Below, piece after piece: positions 9,892-18,577 of a DNA stretch of 64,000 bases (positions are counted from its first letter, which is position 1; each line of letters begins with the position of its first letter). Both the position numbers and the translations under genes were made by a program. This DNA is from an uncultured Clostridiaceae bacterium. Lineage in GTDB: Bacteria > Bacillota > Clostridia > TANB77 > CAG-465. The stretch lies in assembly GCA_947381905.1 (NCBI GenBank), contig CANCXL010000001.1, forward strand, positions 41,970-105,969. The letters are read 5' to 3'. The notes below the pieces were generated by a model. It ran no database searches. It was not told the origin of the DNA and saw only the letters and a list, made by a program, of their open reading frames with translations.

Positions 9892-10749
9892 ATGAATACA
9901 TTATCTAAAACAAAAAGTATAATGAATAAATATAATATTGTTGCAAATAAAAGATATGGTCAAAATTTCTTAATTGATGATAATGTTTTGGAAAATATAG
10001 TAAATAGTGCAGATGTCACAAAAGAAGACCTAGTAATTGAAATTGGACCTGGTCTTGGAAATTTGACTCAATATTTACTAGAAGCGGCAAAATATGTTGT
10101 TTTAATTGAAATAGATCCCAAAATGATAAGTGTATTAAATGATAGATTAAGTAATGTAAATAATTATTCTTTATTAAATGAAGATATTCTTAAAGTAGAT
10201 ATAGATAAATTAGTAGAAGATATAAAAAATAAAGAAAATATAAATTTTAGAAAAGTAAAAGTAGTTGCTAACTTACCATACTATATTACTACACCAATAC
10301 TATTTAAGTTATTAGAGGCTGAAGATACAATATCAGATATAACAGTTATGGTACAAAAAGAAGTAGCAGAAAGAATGGTAGCGTCTCCAAAAAGTAAAGA
10401 GTATGGCATATTAACTTTAATGGTAGATTATTTTTCTAGTGCAAATATTCAAATAATAGTACCAAATTCTAGTTTTATACCAGAGCCTGGTGTTGTATCT
10501 GCGGTTATAAATTTAAATAAAAAAAGAAAATATGAAGTAAAAAACGAAAAATTATTTTTTGAACTAATTCATAAAGCATTTGCACAAAGAAGAAAGAAAA
10601 TGATAAACTCACTGGTATCTACTGGATTTAACAATATGTCTAAAGGGGAAATTGAAGAATTATTCTTAAAATGTGAATTAGATTTTAATACAAGGGCAGA
10701 AGAGCTATCTATAGATGAATTTATTAAGATAATAAATAATATAAATTAA
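9892..10749 (+). CDS. rsmA: 16S rRNA (adenine1518/1519-N6)-dimethyltransferase
   Basis: YGQNFL motif and SAM-binding LVIEIGPGLGNLT. ATG at 9892 preferred (RBS GGAGGAAAAA). Confidence 0.9.
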   Translation: MNTLSKTKSIMNKYNIVANKRYGQNFLIDDNVLENIVNSADVTKEDLVIEIGPGLGNLTQYLLEAAKYVVLIEIDPKMISVLNDRLSNVNNYSLLNEDILKVDIDKLVEDIKNKENINFRKVKVVANLPYYITTPILFKLLEAEDTISDITVMVQKEVAERMVASPKSKEYGILTLMVDYFSSANIQIIVPNSSFIPEPGVVSAVINLNKKRKYEVKNEKLFFELIHKAFAQRRKKMINSLVSTGFNNMSKGEIEELFLKCELDFNTRAEELSIDEFIKIINNIN

Positions 10750-10760
10750 TAGGTGATAAA

Positions 10761-11489
10761 ATGAATTGGAATAGATATAAATACATAGCTCACAGAGGAT
10801 TATATGATAGAATAGATACTCCAGAAAATTCTATAAAAGCGTTTGAAAATGCAATGGAAAAAGGATATGCTATAGAACTAGATATCAATATGTCAAAAGA
10901 TGGTTATTTAGTAGTTTTTCACGATAATAATCTAAAAAGGATGACAGGAATAAAGGCAGATATAACATCTTTAGAATTATCAGAAATAAAAAAGCAAAAG
11001 CTATTAGGTTCAGATAATAATATACCAACCTTTGAAGATGTATTATTACTTATAAATGGAAGAGTACCATTAATGATTGAAGTAAAAACAAATGAACGAT
11101 ATAAAGAATTGCTTTTAAAGCTTATGACTATTCTTGAAAAATATGATGGGGAATATGTTATTGAATCTTTTGACCCAAGAATTATATATTGGCTAAGGAA
11201 GAATTATCCGCAAGTAGTAAGAGGGCAGATTGCTGGAAGAAGAATAGTAGATGTTAAAAATAAAGCGTTAAGATGGCTTTTAGGTATTATGGCATTTAAT
11301 ATATTTACTAAACCACATTTTGTATCATATTTATTTACACAGATTGATGAGAAGTTTTATCAAAAACAAAAGAAGAAAGGTAGAAAAATTGCAGCTTGGA
11401 CTATAAAGGATAATAATGAATACGAAAAAATAAAAAAATATTGTGATATGGTTATATTTGAAAAAGAAGATACAATAAAAAAAGGGTAA
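10761..11489 (+). CDS. glycerophosphodiester phosphodiesterase family protein
   Basis: HRG...E...D (AHRGLYD..PENS..ELDINMSKDG..VFHD) GDPD signature. Confidence 0.8.
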   Translation: MNWNRYKYIAHRGLYDRIDTPENSIKAFENAMEKGYAIELDINMSKDGYLVVFHDNNLKRMTGIKADITSLELSEIKKQKLLGSDNNIPTFEDVLLLINGRVPLMIEVKTNERYKELLLKLMTILEKYDGEYVIESFDPRIIYWLRKNYPQVVRGQIAGRRIVDVKNKALRWLLGIMAFNIFTKPHFVSYLFTQIDEKFYQKQKKKGRKIAAWTIKDNNEYEKIKKYCDMVIFEKEDTIKKG

Positions 11490-11511
11490 ATCAGAAGATT
11501 TATCCTTTTTG

Positions 11512-12093
11512 TTATATTCCAGCAACATGATGCGTAAGCCTTTTATAGCATTTTCTACATACTGCTTTATATGAGTCATTTCCTCCAATTAGTATGTCTG
11601 GTCCATTTGTAACAGGTACACCATTTATCATACGCATATTAACAGTTGCTTTTCTACCACAATCACATATTGTTTTTATTTCTTCAATTTTATCTGCCAT
11701 TTCCATAAGAGGCTCTGAACCTTCAAAAAATCTCATTTTAAAGTTAGTTCTTAATCCATAACATATAACTGGAATTTCTAGTATATCAACAACATCTGTT
11801 AGCATAAGTACTTGCTTTCTTGTAAGAAACTGTGCTTCATCGACAAGTATACAGGCTGGCTTTTTATCCATAAGCTTTACTTGTCTATATATATTAGTAT
11901 CAGTATCAAATGTTAAAGCATCAGATTGAATGCCAATTCTTGTTGTTACTTTTCCAACTTCATATCTATCATCAATCTTTGCTGTATAAATAACTACGTC
12001 TTGTCCACGTTCTTTGTAATTATAGGCGACCTTTAATAAATCTATAGTTTTACCGCTACCCATTGCGCCATATCTAAAATATAATTTAGACAT
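11512..12093 (-). CDS. tdk: thymidine kinase
   Basis: P-loop GAMGSGKT plus a C-terminal zinc ribbon (CDCGRKA...CRKCY). Start chosen at MSKLYF with RBS AGGTGGA. Confidence 0.9.
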   Translation of the reverse strand: MSKLYFRYGAMGSGKTIDLLKVAYNYKERGQDVVIYTAKIDDRYEVGKVTTRIGIQSDALTFDTDTNIYRQVKLMDKKPACILVDEAQFLTRKQVLMLTDVVDILEIPVICYGLRTNFKMRFFEGSEPLMEMADKIEEIKTICDCGRKATVNMRMINGVPVTNGPDILIGGNDSYKAVCRKCYKRLTHHVAGI

Positions 12094-12183
12094 AAATATC
12101 CACCTCAATTTCAAAAAAATTATAGCATAAATAGTGCTATATGTTAAGACAATTTAATTAAAAAAATTAATCTTTTTTTAGTG

Positions 12184-12212
12184 TTGACAAGCCATATTTT
12201 TTAATATATAAT
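12184..12212 (+). promoter_or_regulatory. perfect consensus sigma-A promoter TTGACA-N17-TATAAT driving the metallophosphoesterase pair
   Basis: TTGACA at 12184-12189, 17-nt spacer, TATAAT at 12207-12212. Confidence 0.65.
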
Positions 12213-12245
12213 GAGGGCAGTTGTTAACACATGATGAGCTAAATG

Positions 12246-12275
12246 ATTATTTGCTTGAATTCCTGAACAAATAAT
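12246..12275 (+). promoter_or_regulatory. 8-bp inverted repeat (ATTATTTG ... CAAATAAT) in the 5' leader; hairpin or operator
   Basis: ATTATTTG at 12246-12253 and CAAATAAT at 12268-12275, with a 14-nt loop that contains GAATTC. Lies between the promoter and the RBS. Confidence 0.35.
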
Positions 12276-12294
12276 TTTAAGGAGGGGATTTTAT

Positions 12295-13251
12295 ATGAAA
12301 AATTATAGCAAAGTAGTTGAAAAAATGAAAAAAGAACAGCTCACGTTAAAGCAACTAAGATTAACTTTAGAAGATATTATTTATCTAAGAGATATTGGAT
12401 ACACTATAAAAGATCAATATGATCCTAGACAAGAGGATTATGTATATTATATAGTAACATCTGGAGATACTGCATATATTAAAATTTCTGATGCACCATC
12501 AAAAAATAAAGAGATAGTTTTAAAGCTACTCGAGATATCCGATTTACACACAGGTTGTAGAAATTTTGATAAAGCAGGCTTAGATAAAACTCTTCAAGAG
12601 GCAAAATTAAGAGGCGTGGAATTTGTTCATATTTCGGGCGACTTGCTCGATGGCTATGGCGTTTATAAGGGACATGAAAATAACCTTAAAAATAACAAGG
12701 CCATAGAGCAAGTCAATGAACTTATGTCTGTACTTGAAAAATATGATTTCTGGTACATTGTTAGTATGGGAAATCATGATCAGTCTTTCTGTATGAGAGG
12801 AGGACTTGACCCAATTAAATATTTGGAAGCTAAAATGGCAAAGAAAGGAAAGAAATTTACTTATCTTAATGCTTATGAAGGAAATATAATTCACGCAGGA
12901 ATTGTATTTAGACTTATACATTTACAAGGTGGAGCAGCAAGAGCAGCATCATATAAAGTACAAGTTTATCTTTCTAGAGTATTTGAAAGTAATTTAAATG
13001 ACGTAGAGGTTGGCGGAAAAATATACAATTTAAGAAGCATACAAGCGGGTCATTTTCATACTTTTTATGCACTCTCAATGAGTGGTGTTACAATTATTAT
13101 GCCAGGTAACTTTCAACATGATGGAGACTTAGAAAAAAGAATGGGAATTTCAGGAAAAACAGGTGGAGTATTTAGAGAGCTCACAATAGTTGGCGACAAA
13201 ATTGCCAAGGAAAAGATAGAGTTCTATCATCCTTGGGAAAAGGAGGGGTAA
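12295..13251 (+). CDS. calcineurin-like metallophosphoesterase (Mre11/SbcD-like motif set) with a roughly 80-aa N-terminal extension
   Basis: Motifs D-x-H (ISDLHTG), GDxxD (SGDLLDG), GNHD (SMGNHDQ), GHxH (QAGHFHT). RBS AAGGAGGGGA. Confidence 0.75.
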   Translation: MKNYSKVVEKMKKEQLTLKQLRLTLEDIIYLRDIGYTIKDQYDPRQEDYVYYIVTSGDTAYIKISDAPSKNKEIVLKLLEISDLHTGCRNFDKAGLDKTLQEAKLRGVEFVHISGDLLDGYGVYKGHENNLKNNKAIEQVNELMSVLEKYDFWYIVSMGNHDQSFCMRGGLDPIKYLEAKMAKKGKKFTYLNAYEGNIIHAGIVFRLIHLQGGAARAASYKVQVYLSRVFESNLNDVEVGGKIYNLRSIQAGHFHTFYALSMSGVTIIMPGNFQHDGDLEKRMGISGKTGGVFRELTIVGDKIAKEKIEFYHPWEKEG

Positions 13252-13255
13252 GATT

Positions 13256-14218
13256 ATGAATGAAGATTTTTTAACCTCACAAAAAGCAACTAATGCACTT
13301 TCAAAAATGCGTACAAAAGCATGTACACTTGAGGAACTTGAGTTAACACAAGAAGAGATTGATGAACTTGTTTCTGCAACGGGAAACATTCAATATAACG
13401 AGTTTAACAAGACATACTATATAACGAAATTTAATGAGAATAACTATGAAATAATTTCCTTTTTAAATAAAGAAGCAATAACAGAAAAATGGCTTGAACT
13501 TAGCGATATTTACCTTGGAAGTCAGTTTTGTGATATGGACACATTAAAGTATGTACTAAATCTTGCAAGAGAGAAAGGATACAATAATGTTCATATTTCT
13601 GGCGATTTATGTGCGGGACATCCAGCATATAAGAAGCAAGACTTATACTTGACAGCTAAAACTGCACAAGAGCAAGCAAATATTGCAATTGATTTGTTTT
13701 CACAGTATCCAGAATTTAAATTCTATTGTATAAATGGTGAACGTGATATTTCATTTGAAAAAGGTGATTCAATAAATCCTTTAATTTTAATCCAAAGAGG
13801 ACTATCTGAAAAGGGAATTGAGTTTCACCACATTAATGAGAATGTCGCAAATCTAGTTATACAAGGTGTTGTAAAAAGATTACAACATGGTACTGGAAGA
13901 CTTGCATATACAAAGTCATATAAAATAGAAAAGGAAATGTGGCAACAGTTTGAGAATATGAGTGATAATGTTATAATAAAAAATCGTAACTACGATATCA
14001 AATTTGTACAATTTGGACATTATCATGTAAATAGTTATCAAGAGCTAGGCGGAATAAGAATCACATCTACCGCAGGTATGGTATTTGATGATAAGGGTGT
14101 CTTAAATGAGAATACGTCTTATCCAACAGCAAAGTTTTCAGAGGCAACTATAAAAAGCGGTAAAGTTACTAGATTTATAACTGAAAATGTTATGAATCCT
14201 AAGAATGTAAAGATGTAG
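13256..14218 (+). CDS. paralogous metallophosphoesterase-like protein with degenerate catalytic motifs (likely inactive partner)
   Basis: Collinear with the upstream gene, including the N-terminal TL..L.LT.EEI region. D-x-H is replaced by D-I-Y, GDxxD by GDLCAG, GNHD by NGERD. GHYH is retained. Only a 4-nt gap from the upstream stop. Confidence 0.7.
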   Translation: MNEDFLTSQKATNALSKMRTKACTLEELELTQEEIDELVSATGNIQYNEFNKTYYITKFNENNYEIISFLNKEAITEKWLELSDIYLGSQFCDMDTLKYVLNLAREKGYNNVHISGDLCAGHPAYKKQDLYLTAKTAQEQANIAIDLFSQYPEFKFYCINGERDISFEKGDSINPLILIQRGLSEKGIEFHHINENVANLVIQGVVKRLQHGTGRLAYTKSYKIEKEMWQQFENMSDNVIIKNRNYDIKFVQFGHYHVNSYQELGGIRITSTAGMVFDDKGVLNENTSYPTAKFSEATIKSGKVTRFITENVMNPKNVKM

Positions 14219-14221
14219 AAT

Positions 14222-14254
14222 AAAACACTTCATTTGAAGTGTTTTTAATTTTTT
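14222..14254 (+). terminator. rho-independent terminator
   Basis: AAAACACTTC / GAAGTGTTTT stem with 4-nt loop, followed by a T-run. Confidence 0.6.
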
Positions 14255-14403
14255 CCTAAAAATTTAAAACTAATTTAATGTAAAACAACACAAAAGATTA
14301 CATAAGAATTGATTTTTCATTTTAAATAGTGTATAATGATAGAGATGTTTATAGTAAGCATTAATAATATGATTATATTATTTGGAAAGAGAGGATGGTT
14401 ATC

Positions 14404-14970
14404 ATGAAAAAAATGAGAATCGTAGACGGAAAACTTTTTTGCTACATTGAGGCACAGGATGTGGAGACATTAGTCTCTTGTAAGGAATTTGTTAGACCTG
14501 AAATTTTTGAGGAAAAGTCAATAAAAACAGGTAAAACAAATAAGGAAGGATTGTACAAAATCCGGGACATTAGTATGGTGCACTATATTAAATCATTGCC
14601 GTATATTCCCAATGCAGATTATTTTGCAGGATTAGAAGGCGGCGAGCATAGTGCAATCGCAAACAAAGCTACAAGAGATAACGAGCTTTTATACTATATC
14701 CTTGATGATGTATGTGAGCTTGGGAAGACGATAAGCGAAGAAGAAAAGCAGCTTCTTGTGGGAATGGAGCATGTAGACCAGAGTTTGGTTACTACTTTGC
14801 TTGGACTTGATCCGCAGGATAACGCACAGTGGCAGTTAGCATATAAGATTTCACATGCTTTAAAGCAACAGTCACTTAACTTCTTATATCCGGTTCTTAA
14901 CACGTTACATGATAAACAAGCAAGTCAAACAGATGGTAAAAACCATCAAAAAGGTTTGAAGCACAATTAG
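14404..14970 (+). CDS. hypothetical protein (locally elevated GC)
   Basis: ATG at 14404 sits 8 nt after AGAGAGGA. Own promoter TTGATT-N17-TATAAT (14309-14337). Stretches such as GGCGGCGAGCATAGTGCAATCGC are atypically GC-rich for this window. Confidence 0.5.
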   Translation: MKKMRIVDGKLFCYIEAQDVETLVSCKEFVRPEIFEEKSIKTGKTNKEGLYKIRDISMVHYIKSLPYIPNADYFAGLEGGEHSAIANKATRDNELLYYILDDVCELGKTISEEEKQLLVGMEHVDQSLVTTLLGLDPQDNAQWQLAYKISHALKQQSLNFLYPVLNTLHDKQASQTDGKNHQKGLKHN

Positions 14971-15014
14971 GGGGGAACTTTCCCTCTTTTTAATTTTGTT
15001 CATAAAAGGATAAA

Positions 15015-15043
15015 TTGACATAATATAGAAAAAGTAGTATAAT
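15015..15043 (+). promoter_or_regulatory. perfect consensus sigma-A promoter TTGACA-N17-TATAAT
   Basis: TTGACA at 15015-15020, TATAAT at 15038-15043. Confidence 0.6.
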
Positions 15044-15099
15044 TCTTATGACATTATATAGTTTTTCACGATGAATTAGAAAGTGAGGATTGGTATTAA

Positions 15100-15645
15100 A
15101 TGAAATTATTTAATCGGTTAGAAGAAATACTACAAAAAAGAAGAGAAAGGTATGAATTAGTTGAACATGAATTTTTAGATGATGGGCATGTTAATAATCA
15201 TGGGTATAATATACCTATTACTTTAAAGGTAAAATTATCTATTCCTAAATTTTATAAAGAGGCAGAAGATGATGCAGATTACATTAAAAAGAATGTTAGA
15301 AGATGGAATAGATATACTTCAAATGGTGAGTTAGTATCTTTTGTAGATGCATATTTGGAAAATTATAGTAAAGATAGATTTGGCTATATATTAAATCCAG
15401 ATAAGCATATCCCTACTGAGGAATACATTAAAGATAATTTTTCAATATTATCTAGAAAAGAACAATATTTTGGTATGTTAAGATATGAGGTAATAAAGCT
15501 AAGTAAATATCATACAATTTATATTACGTACCTTGCAAATGATATTGCATATATTGTAAATGTTTGTAATCTTAATTTGGATATTAAGATGAAAGAGATA
15601 AAAAAATTACTAGATATAGAATATGATTATGAAAATATAAAGTAG
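15100..15645 (+). CDS. hypothetical protein
   Basis: ORF with RBS GAGGA. Followed by a hairpin plus T-run terminator at about 15645-15675. Confidence 0.5.
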   Translation: MKLFNRLEEILQKRRERYELVEHEFLDDGHVNNHGYNIPITLKVKLSIPKFYKEAEDDADYIKKNVRRWNRYTSNGELVSFVDAYLENYSKDRFGYILNPDKHIPTEEYIKDNFSILSRKEQYFGMLRYEVIKLSKYHTIYITYLANDIAYIVNVCNLNLDIKMKEIKKLLDIEYDYENIK

Positions 15646-16072
15646 CAAAAAATAATGCTACTTTTATTTTTTATAAAATTTCATACAAAAAATATCTAAT
15701 TTTGTCGATAATCTTTACATATTATATATTTGTGGTATCTTATTATCAGTAGATTAAAAATATGATTTGGAAAAAGGGTTACTAAATTTTATATTTAGTA
15801 GCTCTTTTTATGTTTAATAATGTGACAAAAAATTATTCTTGCATGCCTATATAGTAGTAGATGTATTAATAATTGAAAATAAATAAAAACTATTTATTTA
15901 GATTTAAATATATCATAAGAATAAAAAAATATATTTTTTCACAAAAAATTGCAACCATTTTATGGAAAAATAGAGTCTTAATAGTGTAAGTTGATTACGT
16001 GATTAATTTAAATAATAAAAAACTATTAGCACATTTTTAATATAGACTTAAAAAATTGAAAGGAATAGAACT

Positions 16073-16591
16073 ATGGATGAACTTTTAAAAAGACTTAAAA
16101 TTGGAGATGAAGAAGCTTTTGAATATTTGGTAAAGTTTTATGAAAGACAATTGTTAATTATTGCTAAATTAAGGCTAAATGATGAGCATCTTGCAAGGGA
16201 TGCTGTACAAGAGACTTTTTTAAGTTTATTTTTGAATTCAATGAAAATAAGTAATTCTAAAAAAATAAAGCCTTGGCTTACTGCAGTTTTGATCAACAAA
16301 TGCAATGATTTGGCAAGAGAAAATAAGATAATGCAGGTATCATTTGAACAAAATGATTTTGAAAATTTTATTTATTCTGATGACGAATTTAAGAATATAA
16401 TAGACAAAATAGATTTCGTAAGTAAAATAAATTTGCTAGACGTTGATGAAAGAACAATAATTGCTATGTATTATGAGGGAGAATATACTACTAAAGAAAT
16501 ATCAGAAATTTTAAATATTAGCAATGGAACAATAAAAAGCAAGATATCTAGGGCAAAAGTAAAATTAAAAAATAAAATTGGAGGTAACTAA
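16073..16591 (+). CDS. ECF-type sigma-70 family RNA polymerase sigma factor
   Basis: Region-2-like (FLSLF...PWL) and region-4 HTH (TTKEISEILNISNGTIKSKISRAK). Confidence 0.8.
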   Translation: MDELLKRLKIGDEEAFEYLVKFYERQLLIIAKLRLNDEHLARDAVQETFLSLFLNSMKISNSKKIKPWLTAVLINKCNDLARENKIMQVSFEQNDFENFIYSDDEFKNIIDKIDFVSKINLLDVDERTIIAMYYEGEYTTKEISEILNISNGTIKSKISRAKVKLKNKIGGN

Positions 16592-16593
16592 TT

Positions 16594-17469
16594 TTGAATA
16601 GATATAATGATGAAATGGATAAAATATTACATGAACAAATAAGTAATATAAAAATAGAAGGATTTAGTAAAGATGAAATACAAGAAATGATTTTTAAAGC
16701 AAAACAAAGACAAAAAGTTAGAAAAATAAAATTATATAAAATGGCAGCTTGTTTTGTACTATTAATTTTAGCTTCTTTTGTGGGAATTGCTTCTTGTGTT
16801 ATTAATAAATCAGAAAATGCAAATACAATTATACAGGGAAATATAGATAATAATAACAAGGAAACTAAAGAATATGTGGTGTATTCTAAAATCGAACCTA
16901 ATGCTACTGCTTCTAGAGTTATACCTACTACCAAAGAAATATATGACCTATCTGAAGTTGTTGTAATAGCTAAAGTTGATAATGTTGATGTTATAAATTA
17001 TGATAATTTTTATAACAATGAAGAAAAGCAATATACATTTGTTAGAACAATTGGAAATGTTACAGTGTTAAATACAATAAAAGGAAATTTTAATAAAGGT
17101 GATAGCATAGAGCTCAGAAAAAAAGGCGGTAAAATTAAATATAAGAACATTTTAGATTATTACGAAGCCTGCCCTAATATTTCTAGAGATATAGAAATGA
17201 ATAAAGAATGTCAAGAATTAATAGATAGTGGAAAAAATATAAATGATATATATACCGATGTTTCAGTTGGATTTAAAAATATAAATATTGAAAAAGGAAA
17301 GACTTATTTAGTGCATTTAACTCAGAAAAGTTCAGGACAATGGTGGGTACAAGCAGACGAAAATGGAATTAGAGAATATAATGAAGAAAATGATACAGTT
17401 TTAAACAATAAAACTGGCGAATGGGAAAAATTAGATTATGTAAAAGATATTTGGGAAATGGGGGAGTAA
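16594..17469 (+). CDS. putative membrane-spanning anti-sigma factor (cognate to upstream ECF sigma)
   Basis: Start is 3 nt after the sigma-factor stop. Single TM helix (AACFVLLILASFVGIASCVI) separates a short cytoplasmic N-terminus from a roughly 220-aa extracytoplasmic domain. Confidence 0.6.
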   Translation: MNRYNDEMDKILHEQISNIKIEGFSKDEIQEMIFKAKQRQKVRKIKLYKMAACFVLLILASFVGIASCVINKSENANTIIQGNIDNNNKETKEYVVYSKIEPNATASRVIPTTKEIYDLSEVVVIAKVDNVDVINYDNFYNNEEKQYTFVRTIGNVTVLNTIKGNFNKGDSIELRKKGGKIKYKNILDYYEACPNISRDIEMNKECQELIDSGKNINDIYTDVSVGFKNINIEKGKTYLVHLTQKSSGQWWVQADENGIREYNEENDTVLNNKTGEWEKLDYVKDIWEMGE

Positions 17470-17501
17470 AAATAATAATAAAGAAGAATTTAACTATAAT
17501 A

Positions 17502-17759
17502 TTAGTTAAATTCTTCTTTTGCTTTTTCAAATAACATATCTAATGATATTCCTAGTATTTTGCAAAAGGCATATGCTTCGAAGTCTTTTACTATTCTTTC
17601 AAAATGTTCTATTTTATATATATCAGAACGATATAATGCAATGCCTAACAAACTCATTTTCGTACATATATCTTCTTGGGTTAGATTTTTTAAATTTCTA
17701 TATTTTTTTACATTATGTCCAATTATATTAAGTTTGTTGTTAAGTCTATTAGCTTTCAT
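17502..17759 (-). CDS. XRE-family helix-turn-helix transcriptional regulator (85 aa)
   Basis: HTH_3 signature (LKNLTQEDICTKMSLLGIALYRSDIYKIE). Confidence 0.75.
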   Translation of the reverse strand: MKANRLNNKLNIIGHNVKKYRNLKNLTQEDICTKMSLLGIALYRSDIYKIEHFERIVKDFEAYAFCKILGISLDMLFEKAKEEFN

Positions 17760-17842
17760 ATAATCACCTAAAATAATTCTATTATAAATTTTATGACTTG
17801 AAAATTATAAATATATTTTATCACATAAAATTATTTAAACAC

Positions 17843-17877
17843 AAAAAAATCAAGCATCTCTTACGAAATGCTTGATT
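17843..17877 (-). terminator. rho-independent terminator downstream of the tRNA cluster
   Basis: On the minus strand, GGTGCAATCAAGCAT...ATGCTTGATT forms a 10-bp stem followed by TTTTTTT. Confidence 0.6.
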
Positions 17878-17891
17878 GCACCATTTTTACA

Positions 17892-17967
17892 TGGAGCTGA
17901 AACCCAGATTCGAACTGGGGACCTACGGTTTACAAGACCGTTGCTCTACCAGCTGAGCTATTCCAGC
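17892..17967 (-). tRNA. tRNA-Thr (anticodon UGU)
   Basis: Minus-strand read GCTGGAATAGCTCAGCTGGTAGAGCAACGGTCTTGTAAACCGT...TTTCAGCTCCA. Cloverleaf with CTTGTAA anticodon loop and encoded CCA. Confidence 0.85.
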
Positions 17968-17982
17968 AAATATACTTTTAAA

Positions 17983-18057
17983 TGGTGACCCGTAGGAGAG
18001 TCGAACTCCTCACTCCGCCGTGAAAGGGCGATGTCTTAACCGATTGACCAACGGGCC
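17983..18057 (-). tRNA. tRNA-Glu (anticodon UUC)
   Basis: Minus-strand read GGCCCGTTGGTCAATCGGTTAAGACATCGCCCTTTCACGGCGG...CGGGTCACCA. Near-identical in form to Bacillus tRNA-Glu. Confidence 0.85.
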
Positions 18058-18064
18058 CCATTTG

Positions 18065-18140
18065 TGGTGAGCCATCGCAGATTCGAACTGCGGACAACTT
18101 GATTAAAAGTCAAGTGCTCTGCCAACTGAGCTAATGGCCC
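18065..18140 (-). tRNA. tRNA-Lys (anticodon UUU)
   Basis: Minus-strand read GGGCCATTAGCTCAGTTGGCAGAGCACTTGACTTTTAATCAAGT...GATGGCTCACCA. Confidence 0.85.
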
Positions 18141-18183
18141 ATCAAAGTATATTACAATCAGTTTTTCAACTGACTGCGCATAT

Positions 18184-18212
18184 ATAATACTACAAATTTG
18201 GCCCCTTGTCAA
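18184..18212 (-). promoter_or_regulatory. sigma-A promoter for the tRNA cluster (TTGACA-N17-TATTAT on minus strand)
   Basis: The reverse complement reads TTGACAaggggccaaatttgtagTATTAT, about 40 nt upstream of the tRNA-Lys 5' end. Confidence 0.55.
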
Positions 18213-18577
18213 TACATTTTTTTAAAAATATTGAAAAAAATCGAAAAAAGTTATTTACTGCTAATAAATCTACAAAATATTAAATTTAAATGCTCTAGTT
18301 TTATAACATGAGTCTTAAACTATTGTCATAGAAAAGATATGATGTTAGTATGTTTATGGACTTAAATAGTTTATTCTTTTAATAATTTTTTCATTTTATT
18401 TTATTCTAAAATATTATATGTTTTTTCATTCTTTTTTATTCCTAATGTATTTGTCTATTATAATAATTTGTTATAAGTGGAAGATAGTATAAGTTATTTA
18501 TGTAAGAATACATTGCAACTTAGTTTTACGATATAATAATTACTATTTAAGTCCAATAAAATTGAAAGGGTGGTTTT

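Noticed and set aside
15650-16072. 420-bp AT-rich non-coding gap searched for repeats, small ORFs or CRISPR-like arrays
   Set aside because: Only a terminator hairpin (15645-15675) and scattered short AT palindromes. No regularly spaced direct repeats. No CRISPR array anywhere in the window.
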